A DNA stretch of 64,000 bases from Elusimicrobia bacterium RIFOXYD2_FULL_34_15 (lineage in GTDB: Bacteria; Elusimicrobiota; UBA8919), in the NCBI GenBank assembly GCA_001800605.1, contig MGVS01000118.1, forward strand, positions 3,047-67,046, given 5' to 3'. The notes beneath the pieces were generated by a model. The model had not been told where the DNA came from. It searched no databases and worked only from the letters and a program-made list of their open reading frames with translations. Of this stretch, positions 48,325 through 57,394 are shown one piece after another (position 1 is the stretch's first letter; each line of letters starts with the position of its first letter). A program made the translations under genes and the position numbers.

Positions 48325-48756
48325 TTACTCGTTACTTGTTTTCTCAACTATTAAACGGACACCTTTTACTTCTTTTATTTTCACCCAAACTTTTTCAGGA
48401 ATTTCCTCAGTTGATTCGGCAAGCCATTCTTCACCTTCAATTTTTACTCTGCCAAACTTGGTTGGTTTTATTTCTTCCAAAACGTAAGCTCTTTGATTAA
48501 TCAAAGCATCTACATTTGCAGAACGTGAAGGAGATTTTACAAGTTTATTTACCAATGGCCTTGAAAATATAACAAGAAGAAAGGAAGATACTATAAAAAC
48601 AGACCAGGGTAACCATAAAATATGAAAAAAAGTTGAAACTGATGCAAAAATAGCGCCGACACCTAAACATGCAAAGAAAAATGCTGTGGGCGAACCTATC
48701 TCAATAACAAAAAATATAATTGCAAATATTGCCCAGGCAAGCCAATTATTAAACAT
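48325..48756 (-). CDS. NfeD-family membrane protein (stomatin operon partner).
   Basis: Three TM helices plus a C-terminal OB-fold (GRVKIEGEEWLAES). The last codons and stop lie inside a GTTACTCGTTAC repeat. Confidence 0.8.
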   Translation of the reverse strand: MFNNWLAWAIFAIIFFVIEIGSPTAFFFACLGVGAIFASVSTFFHILWLPWSVFIVSSFLLVIFSRPLVNKLVKSPSRSANVDALINQRAYVLEEIKPTKFGRVKIEGEEWLAESTEEIPEKVWVKIKEVKGVRLIVEKTSNE

Positions 48757-48773
48757 AATTTTTCCTAAACAAC

Positions 48774-48857
48774 GATTGCACAGATTTTAGAAGACGATTA
48801 CACAGATACTACTGTTTTGCCTTAATCTGTGTAATCTGGTTTTTAATCGGTGTAATC
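48774..48857. repeat. GATTACACAGAT x2 / ATCTGTGTAATC x2 hairpin element, copy 1.
   Basis: Two direct and two inverted 12-13-mers at 48774, 48796, 48824 and 48845. Same layout as 53391-53480. Confidence 0.8.
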
Positions 48858-48880
48858 AGAGATTGTTGGTTTTTACAATC

Positions 48881-49687
48881 TCACTTAACTAATCTAACTC
48901 TTTTCGGTGGCCAATAAATCAAAAGCGGTTTACCTTTTATATACTTTTCGTCTAGCGTACCCCAATAACGTGAATCCTTGCTATTATCCCTGTTATCACC
49001 CATCATAAAATAACTGCCTTCGGGAACAGTAAGCGGTCCGAATTTATCACGTGTCATAATATTGTCATTATAAATATCCGAGATTATTACATAAGATTCT
49101 TTCTGTAAAACATCATTTATATATAATTTCTTTTTTTTGACTTCAATTGTGTCGCCGGGTATACCAATACATCTTTTTACAAAATCCTTTTTGATTCCGG
49201 CTTCTCTTTCCTGCGGTTCAAGTGCCTGCGGAGGCGCCGCAAAAACAACAATATCACCGCGTTTAGGTTTTTTGATTACCAAAACCCTTTTCATTTTAAT
49301 TTTTATAGTTGAATCGGAAATAATCGGGTAAAAAATGCGGGTACCGTAAACGAATTTATTTACAAAAAGATGGTCTCCTTCCAGAAGCGTATTTCGCATC
49401 GAACCTGAAGGTATTTTGAATGCCTGAAGGAAAAAATACATTATTAAAAATGCAAATACTCCTGACCATATCAGAGTATCCGCCCATTCAATTGCTTCAA
49501 TAACCGCTTTCTTTAAAAAACCTTTAGCTTTTTTACCGATTTTTCTTAAAACTATAGCTACAATAATCGAAACAGCCACTATTATTCCGAGTTTTAACTC
49601 CATCGGATATTCCTGCATCTTCAAAAAAACGTAGCCAATAGTTCCAATTTCCAAACAAGCAAATATCAAAAATAATAATAAATTCAT
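48881..49687 (-). CDS. lepB: Signal peptidase I.
   Basis: Motifs PSGSMRNTL, KRCIGIPGD and GDNRDNSKDSRYWG. Confidence 0.9.
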   Translation of the reverse strand: MNLLLFLIFACLEIGTIGYVFLKMQEYPMELKLGIIVAVSIIVAIVLRKIGKKAKGFLKKAVIEAIEWADTLIWSGVFAFLIMYFFLQAFKIPSGSMRNTLLEGDHLFVNKFVYGTRIFYPIISDSTIKIKMKRVLVIKKPKRGDIVVFAAPPQALEPQEREAGIKKDFVKRCIGIPGDTIEVKKKKLYINDVLQKESYVIISDIYNDNIMTRDKFGPLTVPEGSYFMMGDNRDNSKDSRYWGTLDEKYIKGKPLLIYWPPKRVRLVK

Positions 49688-49694
49688 GATTTAT

Positions 49695-49722
49695 ATTATA
49701 TAAAATTATTAGTAAAAATCAA
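49695..49722 (-). promoter_or_regulatory. Sigma-70 promoter positioned to give a leaderless lepB mRNA.
   Basis: Minus-strand read: TTGATT, 16-nt spacer, TATAAT, then 7 nt to ATG 49687. No SD is possible. Confidence 0.5.
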
Positions 49723-49859
49723 CCCATTCGACTATCCTTCGACTTGGTTCGACAGAGTTTACACTGAGCTTGTCGAAAGTGCTCACCACGAGCCGCTCAG
49801 GATAAACGCTCAGGGTTTATATTGAGAACCGCAGAATGTACAATAAAATACTTTGTAAT

Positions 49860-51182
49860 TCAAATTATCCAGCCATTTCTTATTTTTTCTTCCTGAATTA
49901 CTTTTTTAGCATTTGAAATTACTTCGGAAGGAATATCGGGAGGTTGTAACTTACAAATATTATTAATTGCAATTATCGCCGTTTTTTTAACTTCGACGTC
50001 CTTATCATTTAGTAGACTTAATAATATCTTAAATGTGTCAACTGTTAAAATATTTTCAATTACTTTAACACAATCATATCTTAGCCGTGATTGGTCACTT
50101 TTTGAAAGATTTAATATATTTTCCAATGCAGCCGTTTTATTTATATTCATGATGGTTTTTATGGAAATTATCATTTTCTGTATAATTTGCCTGGAATATT
50201 CTTCTTTTTTCACAGCATTTGCTATATCATCCAATATTATGTTTTCTTGAATGGTTTCTTCGAATTTTTGCTGGGCATTTTTGCTGTCACTTTCAGTAAC
50301 TAATTTTTTTTCTAAAGTTTGAATTTTCAAAATTGATTCTACTTCTCCTTTTTGTCTTTCTTCGTCAATTATTTTTATTTTAGCCGATTGCCTTAATTTA
50401 TTTCTTTCTTCAATCTGCAGATTATTTTTCATTTTTTCCATTTTTTTTAAATTTTTAACAGTCCTATAATAAAACACTATAAACAAACCGGCAATTATAA
50501 CCACAAATATAATCAAAATAATAAAATACATTTTATAATTGTCTTCTACTTTTTCATTTTTGACCGATTCAATAAAATTCTCTGCTATTTTTGGTTTTTC
50601 TACAATATCCTCCTTATTGGTAGGATTAATTTTTTTCCCCATGGGTACCGAATTAACATTTTTTTTAACAGATTCTCTTTTTTGAGTTGTTTCTTGTACT
50701 GTTCTATTTTCATTAATAACCGGTTCTTTTTTAGTCGGTCCTCCTGATATAACTTTCAATAACTCGTTTACTTTTGTATCTTCCGGAGATACTACTTTTG
50801 CTTTTTCAATATAAATTTTTGCTTTATGGTAATTACTCACTAAAACCTGTTTTTCAGCAGCTTCGATCAAAACCCTCACTAAAAAATTTTCTACTTTTTG
50901 ATTTTGCGGATTTTGCGACAATATTTTCTCAAACAATTCTATAGCACCTTCATAATCACCTTTTACATATTTATCTATAGCAGAATTAAAATAAATATCC
51001 GGATTTGTTTGTGAATAAAGATAAGTATCGGGTAACGAGTAACGAGTAACGGGAAATAGGTAACAAATAGAAAGAATTAACAGAAAAAGTTTTAATCTGT
51101 GCCCGCCACTGAATCTTTGGCGGGTAAATAATCTTTTTCTAAAATCTGTGCAAACTTGTCCTGAGCATAGTCGAAGGATCAT
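49860..51182 (-). CDS. TPR / single-TM / HEAT-repeat protein. The N-terminal ~55 codons are encoded by repeat modules, so the start is uncertain.
   Basis: TPR: DKYVKGDYEGAIELFEKILSQNPQN. TM: YFIILIIFVVIIAGLFIVFYY. C-terminal HEAT-like LLNDKDVEVKKTAIIAINNI. The only in-frame ATG upstream of the TPR is 51182 (ATGA overlap with the upstream gene). Confidence 0.55.
   Translation of the reverse strand: MILRLCSGQVCTDFRKRLFTRQRFSGGHRLKLFLLILSICYLFPVTRYSLPDTYLYSQTNPDIYFNSAIDKYVKGDYEGAIELFEKILSQNPQNQKVENFLVRVLIEAAEKQVLVSNYHKAKIYIEKAKVVSPEDTKVNELLKVISGGPTKKEPVINENRTVQETTQKRESVKKNVNSVPMGKKINPTNKEDIVEKPKIAENFIESVKNEKVEDNYKMYFIILIIFVVIIAGLFIVFYYRTVKNLKKMEKMKNNLQIEERNKLRQSAKIKIIDEERQKGEVESILKIQTLEKKLVTESDSKNAQQKFEETIQENIILDDIANAVKKEEYSRQIIQKMIISIKTIMNINKTAALENILNLSKSDQSRLRYDCVKVIENILTVDTFKILLSLLNDKDVEVKKTAIIAINNICKLQPPDIPSEVISNAKKVIQEEKIRNGWII
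51010..51182. repeat. Mosaic of four vocabulary modules lying inside the 5' end of ORF 49860-51182.
   Basis: Modules: cttgtcctgagcatagtcgaaggat; aatctgtgcaaac; cccgccactgaatctttggcgggt; gtaacgagtaacgagtaacggg. Each also occurs in non-coding spacers elsewhere in the window. Confidence 0.75.
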
Positions 51183-52732
51183 TTTACCTCCATGACATCT
51201 ATAGTTGTTTGAATTCTTCTTAAAAGATCGATTATATCTTTACTTTCCGGATTCATTTTGACTGCTTCAACAAGCTCATATTTTGCATCCTGAAATCTTT
51301 TCTGTGAAATATAGTTTTGTGCTTTTGACAGCCGGATTAATACCTGAGCTTCAGTATAATTTTGTTCTATCTTTATTGCTTCATCAGCCTTAAATATTGC
51401 ATCGGTATATTTTCCCTGATCGTAAAATTCCATCGCTTTTAAATATTTTTCTTTGGCAGCAGTAGAGGACGTCATTTCTATAATTTTTCTTGAAAGCTGC
51501 AGCGCCTGACCATTCTGAGGATCTTCTTTAAGCACTTTATTTACATTATCCCGCGAGTCACTATATTCTTTTTTATCAAAATATTCCTGTGCATTTAGCA
51601 GCAATTGAGATATTTCTTGTTTTCTTTTAGTATTTTCAAGTTCAAGAGTTATTTGTTCTCTTTCTGTTTTAATCCTTTTCCATTCTTTCTTTAATTTTTC
51701 GTCACTTAACAGAAGTTTTTCAACTTTTTCTTTTTCATTATTGAATACCATAATATCTCTTTCAAGATTTCTACTTTCCAGAGTAATCCGTTTTTCTTCT
51801 TTTTCAATTTTCCCTTTGTTATCTTCAAGCAATTTAACAGCGCGTTTTTCTGTTTCTGTGGGCTCAACCCCAAATCTTAAGGCAATTGAAAATCTATGTT
51901 GAATATCTAATGTATGGAATGAAACTGAATAATTAAGAGAAAATTTTTCCTCCTGGACACCAAAACCGCAGGAAAGTTCTTTGTAATTTATCCCGGTTCT
52001 TAAAAAATATACTTTATAATTATATTCTGCTCCAAAAAATAACCTTTTAATCGATTTTGCAAATATATTATCAAATGCGACATCCCCGCTCAATGCAAGT
52101 TTGTCATAAATCTTTTGTGTTAGTCCTATCCGCAAAGATACCGGAAGTTTATCTTCCCCGAACTTAACAGGTATAATATTTTTTAAAGCAATTCCATATT
52201 GAGTATCTCCTTTGTCAGAACCAAGACCGATATCTGCGGAAAACGAGCGAATCGAGTAATCGTCAATACTTTGTGAAAGCATTTTTAAACCTATCCCGCC
52301 ATTAGTTGAATCGTCTAAACCGCCGGCATATGCAAAATTGAAAACTAAATCCTGGGAAGAAAAATCATAAAGTGTTTCTCCAATAGAATTGGTTTTTTCA
52401 ATATCTCCCATTGTAAGAACACCTATTGAACCCGCGATTGATTCTCTCGGTCCCAAAGGATTTGAATATCCGATGTAAGTGTATTTTCCTCCATAAAAAA
52501 GCGGCGTATAAAAAAATGAAATTTCATTATAAAAATCTGATGCTATACCTGCAGGATTATAATAGATAGAAGAAACGCTCCCTGAATGAGAAGTTGCAGC
52601 ACCTCCCATTGCGGAACTTCTGGCATCAGGATAAAATGTCAAAAGATATTCCGCAGCAAGACCGGAATCATCCTTTGCTAAAATGATACTATAAGTGAAA
52701 AGTAAATAGAAAATAATAAATATTTTTTTCAT
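51179..52732 (-). CDS. PorV/PorQ-like beta-barrel domain fused to a C-terminal coiled coil and TPR repeats.
   Basis: N-terminal AAEYLLTFYPDARSSAMGGAATSHSGSVSSIYYNPAGIA with beta-strand periodicity to about aa 290. Then Lys/Glu-rich heptads, then TPR (YFDKKEYSDSRDNVNKVLKEDPQN; FYDQGKYTDAIFKADEAIKIEQN). Confidence 0.6.
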   Translation of the reverse strand: MKKIFIIFYLLFTYSIILAKDDSGLAAEYLLTFYPDARSSAMGGAATSHSGSVSSIYYNPAGIASDFYNEISFFYTPLFYGGKYTYIGYSNPLGPRESIAGSIGVLTMGDIEKTNSIGETLYDFSSQDLVFNFAYAGGLDDSTNGGIGLKMLSQSIDDYSIRSFSADIGLGSDKGDTQYGIALKNIIPVKFGEDKLPVSLRIGLTQKIYDKLALSGDVAFDNIFAKSIKRLFFGAEYNYKVYFLRTGINYKELSCGFGVQEEKFSLNYSVSFHTLDIQHRFSIALRFGVEPTETEKRAVKLLEDNKGKIEKEEKRITLESRNLERDIMVFNNEKEKVEKLLLSDEKLKKEWKRIKTEREQITLELENTKRKQEISQLLLNAQEYFDKKEYSDSRDNVNKVLKEDPQNGQALQLSRKIIEMTSSTAAKEKYLKAMEFYDQGKYTDAIFKADEAIKIEQNYTEAQVLIRLSKAQNYISQKRFQDAKYELVEAVKMNPESKDIIDLLRRIQTTIDVMEVK

Positions 52733-52762
52733 TTTAATACAGTTGAAAAATATTTTTTACTG

Positions 52763-52882
52763 GTCATTGCGAGCGATCCGCCAACTGGCGGTGAGCCTGC
52801 CTACCGGACAGGCAGGCGTGGCAATCTCTTTTACCGACGAGATTGCTTCGTCGGTCGCCGCGGCGACCTTCCTCGCAATGAC
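52763..52882. repeat. GTCATTGCGAG...CTCGCAATGAC hairpin element with two nested modules.
   Basis: The nested modules are ccgccaactggcgg and gcctgcctaccggacaggcaggc. The spurious ORF 52743-52937 translates this element. Confidence 0.8.
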
Positions 52883-52990
52883 ACCATTGGTCTCAAAATA
52901 CCATTCAAAAAGTGTCTTTAGAAGTAACAACAAATAAAATATTAGTAAAACCTCAATTTTTAACTTTTAATTTTGAATTTTTAATTGTTT

Positions 52991-53362
52991 TTATGTGGTG
53001 AATACATTCTTGATTTTTTCTAAAAGTTCCTGCATCTGAAACGGTTTTTCAAGATAATCTACTATTGTAACGTCCTTTCTTGCAGTTATAATTTCTCTTA
53101 GGTGCCCTTTTCCTGTCATTACAATTACGGGTATATCCCGCGTATGAGGATTTTCTTTTAACCTTATGTTTAAAGAATGTCCGTCTAATTTCGGCATCAT
53201 AACATCAAGAATAACTAAATCCGGCCTTTCATTTGTAATTTTTTCCAGTGCTTCAAGTCCGTCAAATGCATTTGTTACCTCATAATCCTCTTTTTCAAGA
53301 TACATAGTAATTACTTCTACAACATCTTTTTCATCATCGACAACAAGAATTTTTTTAGCCAT
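52991..53362 (-). CDS. Stand-alone CheY-like response regulator.
   Basis: ILVVDDEKD...DLVILDVMMPKLDG...VIVMTGK. Confidence 0.9.
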   Translation of the reverse strand: MAKKILVVDDEKDVVEVITMYLEKEDYEVTNAFDGLEALEKITNERPDLVILDVMMPKLDGHSLNIRLKENPHTRDIPVIVMTGKGHLREIITARKDVTIVDYLEKPFQMQELLEKIKNVFTT

Positions 53363-53390
53363 AATACCCCCAATAATATGAATTATATTT

Positions 53391-53480
53391 GATTACACAG
53401 ATTTTTAACATCGATTACACTGATTAGAATCTAATCCTTTTAATAGAATCTGTGTAATCTGTCTTCTAATCTGTGTAATC
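53391..53480. repeat. GATTACACAGAT x2 / ATCTGTGTAATC x2 hairpin element, copy 2.
   Basis: Units at 53391, 53413, 53447 and 53468. Confidence 0.8.
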
Positions 53481-53488
53481 AGACATCC

Positions 53489-56400
53489 CTAATCTTTTAT
53501 TATCGCTATTTTTCTTATGTCTTTATCCTTACCTGATTTAATCTCAAGAATATATATTCCGTTTGCTGCTTTAACTCCGTTGCCATTCTTACCATCCCAG
53601 GTAATTTCATTAGTGTATCCTTCGGGTGAACCTATCGCTCCCTCGTCCCCGGCATTTATACTTCTATCATAAACCGCATCACCCACAAGATTAAAAATAC
53701 GGATTGATATATCGTGCACACTTGTCAAAACATATTTTATTGTTGTACTTTCTTTATCGGGATTGAATGGATTAGGAAAATTTACTATATTTGAAACTGC
53801 TTTTTTTGGGACAACCGATGCTACTGTTGTAAAATAAGATAAATGTTCAATATTTACTTTTATTGTTTTTTCTATTTTATTAATAACCTGCTGTGTTTTT
53901 GGAAACTCCCAGTTATTTTTAGATTCGTTTAAATTGGCAATACGTATATTATCAATTTTCATATTAGTTTCGTCTTCGTAACCATCGTTGTTGTCATCTT
54001 TATATTTGAATCTGACATTACCTTTAATAGTTATATTTTGAGGAATATTATTCTTATCATAAACCTGTATCTTATATGCAGATTTATTAAGACATTTAAT
54101 TAATCTATCCGAGATAGAATTATTTAAGGCAACAGAAAAATTTACATCTGTATTTTCAACTTTGACATAAGATCCTATAGGCAACCCTTCTGTAATTTCA
54201 ATACGAACATTGCTATCATCAGAATCATCCCTGCTCCAGGACACAGAGAAACTGTGTATATCTGAAATTGTTTCGTAACTGAAGGGATCTATCGCGACTA
54301 CTTTCCAGTAATATTTAGTATTTTCGATTAAGTTTTTGGGTATATATTCTGTTTCTGTGAATCCGCCTATAACTGTTGCATTAACAAAAAACTCGTTTGT
54401 CGAATAGCATAAGGTATAGGTTAAATAATCTTCCGGATTTGGGTCTGTAGACTTTTGCCAGACAAACATCAGTGTTCCCATTGTGTTAAAAGAATCATTC
54501 AGAGGTAAATTAAGCACGGGTGTGGAAGGAACTTTATTATTATTGTTCACTTCAAAATCATTTTCACTTTTATCCTCATTTGATAAATTCGGATTTCCGT
54601 CATCTGTTGCAACTACTTTTATACGATATTTGGGTGAATTCGGAAAAAGTGCCGTATTCCAAATATAATTATTCGTAATTATATTTTCCGCAATTTTTAT
54701 ATCGTAAGAAAAACCTGAGTTTGTTGAAGCAAATATTGTGAAGCTCTGATTATCAGATAGGTTTTCATCTGAGACAGAGAAACTTATTGTTTGATTACCT
54801 GTTATTTTTTCCGAACCATTTGGCGAGTTCATAGTAACAATAGGTGCTACATTTGGGTTATTTACTGTAAAAACATTATCGGAAATATCATAACCCTCTA
54901 ACCCTCTTGAATCGGTTGCGACAATTTTTATTTTATGTTGTGCAGTATTTCTGCTTCTTTTTGTATCCCAGATGTAATAAGTCGTACCGTTTGGGAGGTT
55001 TGAAACAATCAGAGTTGAAAAATTTGTACCATCTAATGAATCATAAATTGAAAATGTTCTCGTATCATTAGACGGATACGGATCGCCCGACTCCCAGGAA
55101 ATATTTTTAGTTCCTAAAAAAGTTTCAAAACCATTTGGAGATTTTACTAAAACAACAGGAGAAGTATTTGTCATACACACCGGGGAAACCGAGGAAATTG
55201 CGGATATATTACCGGCCTCGTCCTGTGTTTTTACAGAAAAATAATAGGTTGTTCCATTGTTCAGATTATCAATGGTTAGTGTCTGTATTTCGTTTTGTAT
55301 AATTGCGGATTTTGAAATAGTCTTTTCAGAAGACAAACTATTTTGCCAATCCGTTTCCGCAAGAACTGGATAAGTTGCATATCTTACATAATATTTTCCG
55401 GAAGATATATCACCGGTTAAACCATTGTTGCCGGGTGCGTTCCAAGAAAGGTTTACTGTTCCGTTATAGGATCCTATAACCGCATTAAATGAAGCAACCG
55501 AAGCAGGCGGTATTAAATCAACTAAAAATGTAAATGTGGATGACCATGAAGAAAATTTTAATCCATCTGCTGCTAAAACATGCCAAAAATATGTTCCATG
55601 CCCTAATTCTGTTGTTGGAGTATATCCGGTACCTGCAATATTTGAAGATGTAATAATAAGAGATGAAAAATTGTTATTGTCATCAACTTCTATTTTGTAA
55701 GTTAATGAATCGTTATCTTCATCCGATGCCGGATACCACTGAAATTCAGGGGTGGTATCGTTCGTAGAAAAAACTTGTGTCGGATAAGTAAGAGAAGGCC
55801 TCGACGGAGTTCTATTGAAACTAACGGTAACACTATTTAACTTACCTGATATAGGCGGTTCAGTTGTTTCAAAAAAGAACCTCAACTTTAAATATCTTTT
55901 ATTATCATTGGAATTACTTATTGATATCGGCGTGTTGGTGTATTCAAAATACGTATTTGATGTCCCCTCCCAGCCTGTAAAATTAGAATATGTCGAATTA
56001 TTAGCAGATGACGCTATTTGAAATTTCAATACCGTATTTGCAGGAATCCCGCTTCTTGTTGGTGCTTCTATTGTTAACCAGTATAATTCTGTTGAAAACG
56101 GCGTATCAAAAAATACAGTCGTATAAATACCTGATGAGCGAAAAATATAATTGTAAAAATCATTTTTTAACCCATAATTATCATTTCCGCCAAATATAAA
56201 TGCCTTCTCAATAGAGTTTATATAACTCATGCTAAAACCGTATCTTGCAGATGCCCCCTGGGATGGCTGCTCATTAGACCATACATTTGTATTAAATGAA
56301 TAAAACCATATATCATCATAATTACCGGTGCTAGACTTGCCTCCGTACAAAACATTTCTTTTGTTTCTTGAATCATAAAACATAGAACATTCGCTTCTGG

Positions 56401-57217
56401 ATGGTACGCTACCGGACGGATTTAAATTCGTCCAAGTATTATTGGCATAATTATAGGACCATGTGTCTGAAAGATAGTTATTAAAACCATTTCCTTCACC
56501 GCCAAAAATCAGGATTTTTTTATATTCGGAATTATAACTTATGGCTGTGCCTTTTCTTGCCGGAAGCCCAAATGCACCTTGAGTCCATGATGAACCATCT
56601 ATATTATAAATCCAGGTTGCCGCAGATTTAATTAATCCGTCTTCCGATTGACCGCCAAAAAGTATTATTTTATTGTTATCTTCATCATAATCAGCGGATG
56701 AAAATCCAAGAACCGGCGGTGAAGAAACAGCAGATATTTGCGACCAATTGTCTGTATCAAGATTATATTCCCAGGTATCATTTAAATAACCGGTTTCATT
56801 ATATCCGCCAAATAAAATAACTTTATTTGTTCCGGACCGGACTAAAACATGCCCATATCTTCCCGGCGGATTATTAACAGGCGTCTTTTGTGACCACTGT
56901 TCAGTATGGGAATCATAAACCCATGTATCATTAAGAGAATTATTACCGTCAAAACCGCCAAATAAAACTATCTTATCTTTTAATTGATTATATGTAATCG
57001 CATGCCATTTTCGCGATGAAGGTTTGGTTAGATTGGTAATATTGTAAAAATTATTTTCTAAACCAACATATGCTGATATACCTGAACCAAAAGTGATAGT
57101 ATTATTGTGATTTCCGGCATTGAGTTGCATATCTGTAGTATATGTAGTGGAAGAACCGGCATAAAGGCAGGGACAAAGTATAAAGTATAAAGTATAAATT
57201 ATTGATTTTTTTTTCAT
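53489..57217 (-). CDS. Secreted Kelch beta-propeller / multi-FN3 and Ig-like protein with a FlgD-Ig / T9SS-type C-terminal domain.
   Basis: Six or more Kelch-like units (...ILFGG....LNDTW.Y). FN3 modules (LSWNAPGNNG...TYYFSVKTQDEAGNIS). CTD VNFPNPFNP...ITWDGKNGNGVKAANGIYILEI. Start taken at MKKKSIIY. Confidence 0.75.
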   Translation of the reverse strand: MKKKSIIYTLYFILCPCLYAGSSTTYTTDMQLNAGNHNNTITFGSGISAYVGLENNFYNITNLTKPSSRKWHAITYNQLKDKIVLFGGFDGNNSLNDTWVYDSHTEQWSQKTPVNNPPGRYGHVLVRSGTNKVILFGGYNETGYLNDTWEYNLDTDNWSQISAVSSPPVLGFSSADYDEDNNKIILFGGQSEDGLIKSAATWIYNIDGSSWTQGAFGLPARKGTAISYNSEYKKILIFGGEGNGFNNYLSDTWSYNYANNTWTNLNPSGSVPSRSECSMFYDSRNKRNVLYGGKSSTGNYDDIWFYSFNTNVWSNEQPSQGASARYGFSMSYINSIEKAFIFGGNDNYGLKNDFYNYIFRSSGIYTTVFFDTPFSTELYWLTIEAPTRSGIPANTVLKFQIASSANNSTYSNFTGWEGTSNTYFEYTNTPISISNSNDNKRYLKLRFFFETTEPPISGKLNSVTVSFNRTPSRPSLTYPTQVFSTNDTTPEFQWYPASDEDNDSLTYKIEVDDNNNFSSLIITSSNIAGTGYTPTTELGHGTYFWHVLAADGLKFSSWSSTFTFLVDLIPPASVASFNAVIGSYNGTVNLSWNAPGNNGLTGDISSGKYYVRYATYPVLAETDWQNSLSSEKTISKSAIIQNEIQTLTIDNLNNGTTYYFSVKTQDEAGNISAISSVSPVCMTNTSPVVLVKSPNGFETFLGTKNISWESGDPYPSNDTRTFSIYDSLDGTNFSTLIVSNLPNGTTYYIWDTKRSRNTAQHKIKIVATDSRGLEGYDISDNVFTVNNPNVAPIVTMNSPNGSEKITGNQTISFSVSDENLSDNQSFTIFASTNSGFSYDIKIAENIITNNYIWNTALFPNSPKYRIKVVATDDGNPNLSNEDKSENDFEVNNNNKVPSTPVLNLPLNDSFNTMGTLMFVWQKSTDPNPEDYLTYTLCYSTNEFFVNATVIGGFTETEYIPKNLIENTKYYWKVVAIDPFSYETISDIHSFSVSWSRDDSDDSNVRIEITEGLPIGSYVKVENTDVNFSVALNNSISDRLIKCLNKSAYKIQVYDKNNIPQNITIKGNVRFKYKDDNNDGYEDETNMKIDNIRIANLNESKNNWEFPKTQQVINKIEKTIKVNIEHLSYFTTVASVVPKKAVSNIVNFPNPFNPDKESTTIKYVLTSVHDISIRIFNLVGDAVYDRSINAGDEGAIGSPEGYTNEITWDGKNGNGVKAANGIYILEIKSGKDKDIRKIAIIKD

Positions 57218-57394
57218 AAAACAATACATAGATATTGTTGAAAACCATGCTTTTTACCATTTTATCTATATGAAGAAATTTTTAATCCTTCGATTTCACT
57301 CGGGACAAGTTTTTTAATTTTAAGTTTTTCATTGTTTTTCATTAAATTAAATCAACAATTTTAACTTTTAACTTTTAATTTTAACTTGCCTTTA

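Noticed and set aside
52743-52937. 64-aa plus-strand ORF (…EIASSVAAATFLAMT…).
   Set aside because: It is a translation of the nested hairpin element at 52763-52882, with no SD and no coding periodicity.
48774-53480. A possible CRISPR array was considered because of the repeated 12-13-mers GATTACACAGAT.
   Set aside because: There are only four units per locus, two of them inverted. The 'spacers' are 8-25 nt, the repeats are far too short, and no cas genes are present. I interpret them as hairpin-type repeat elements.
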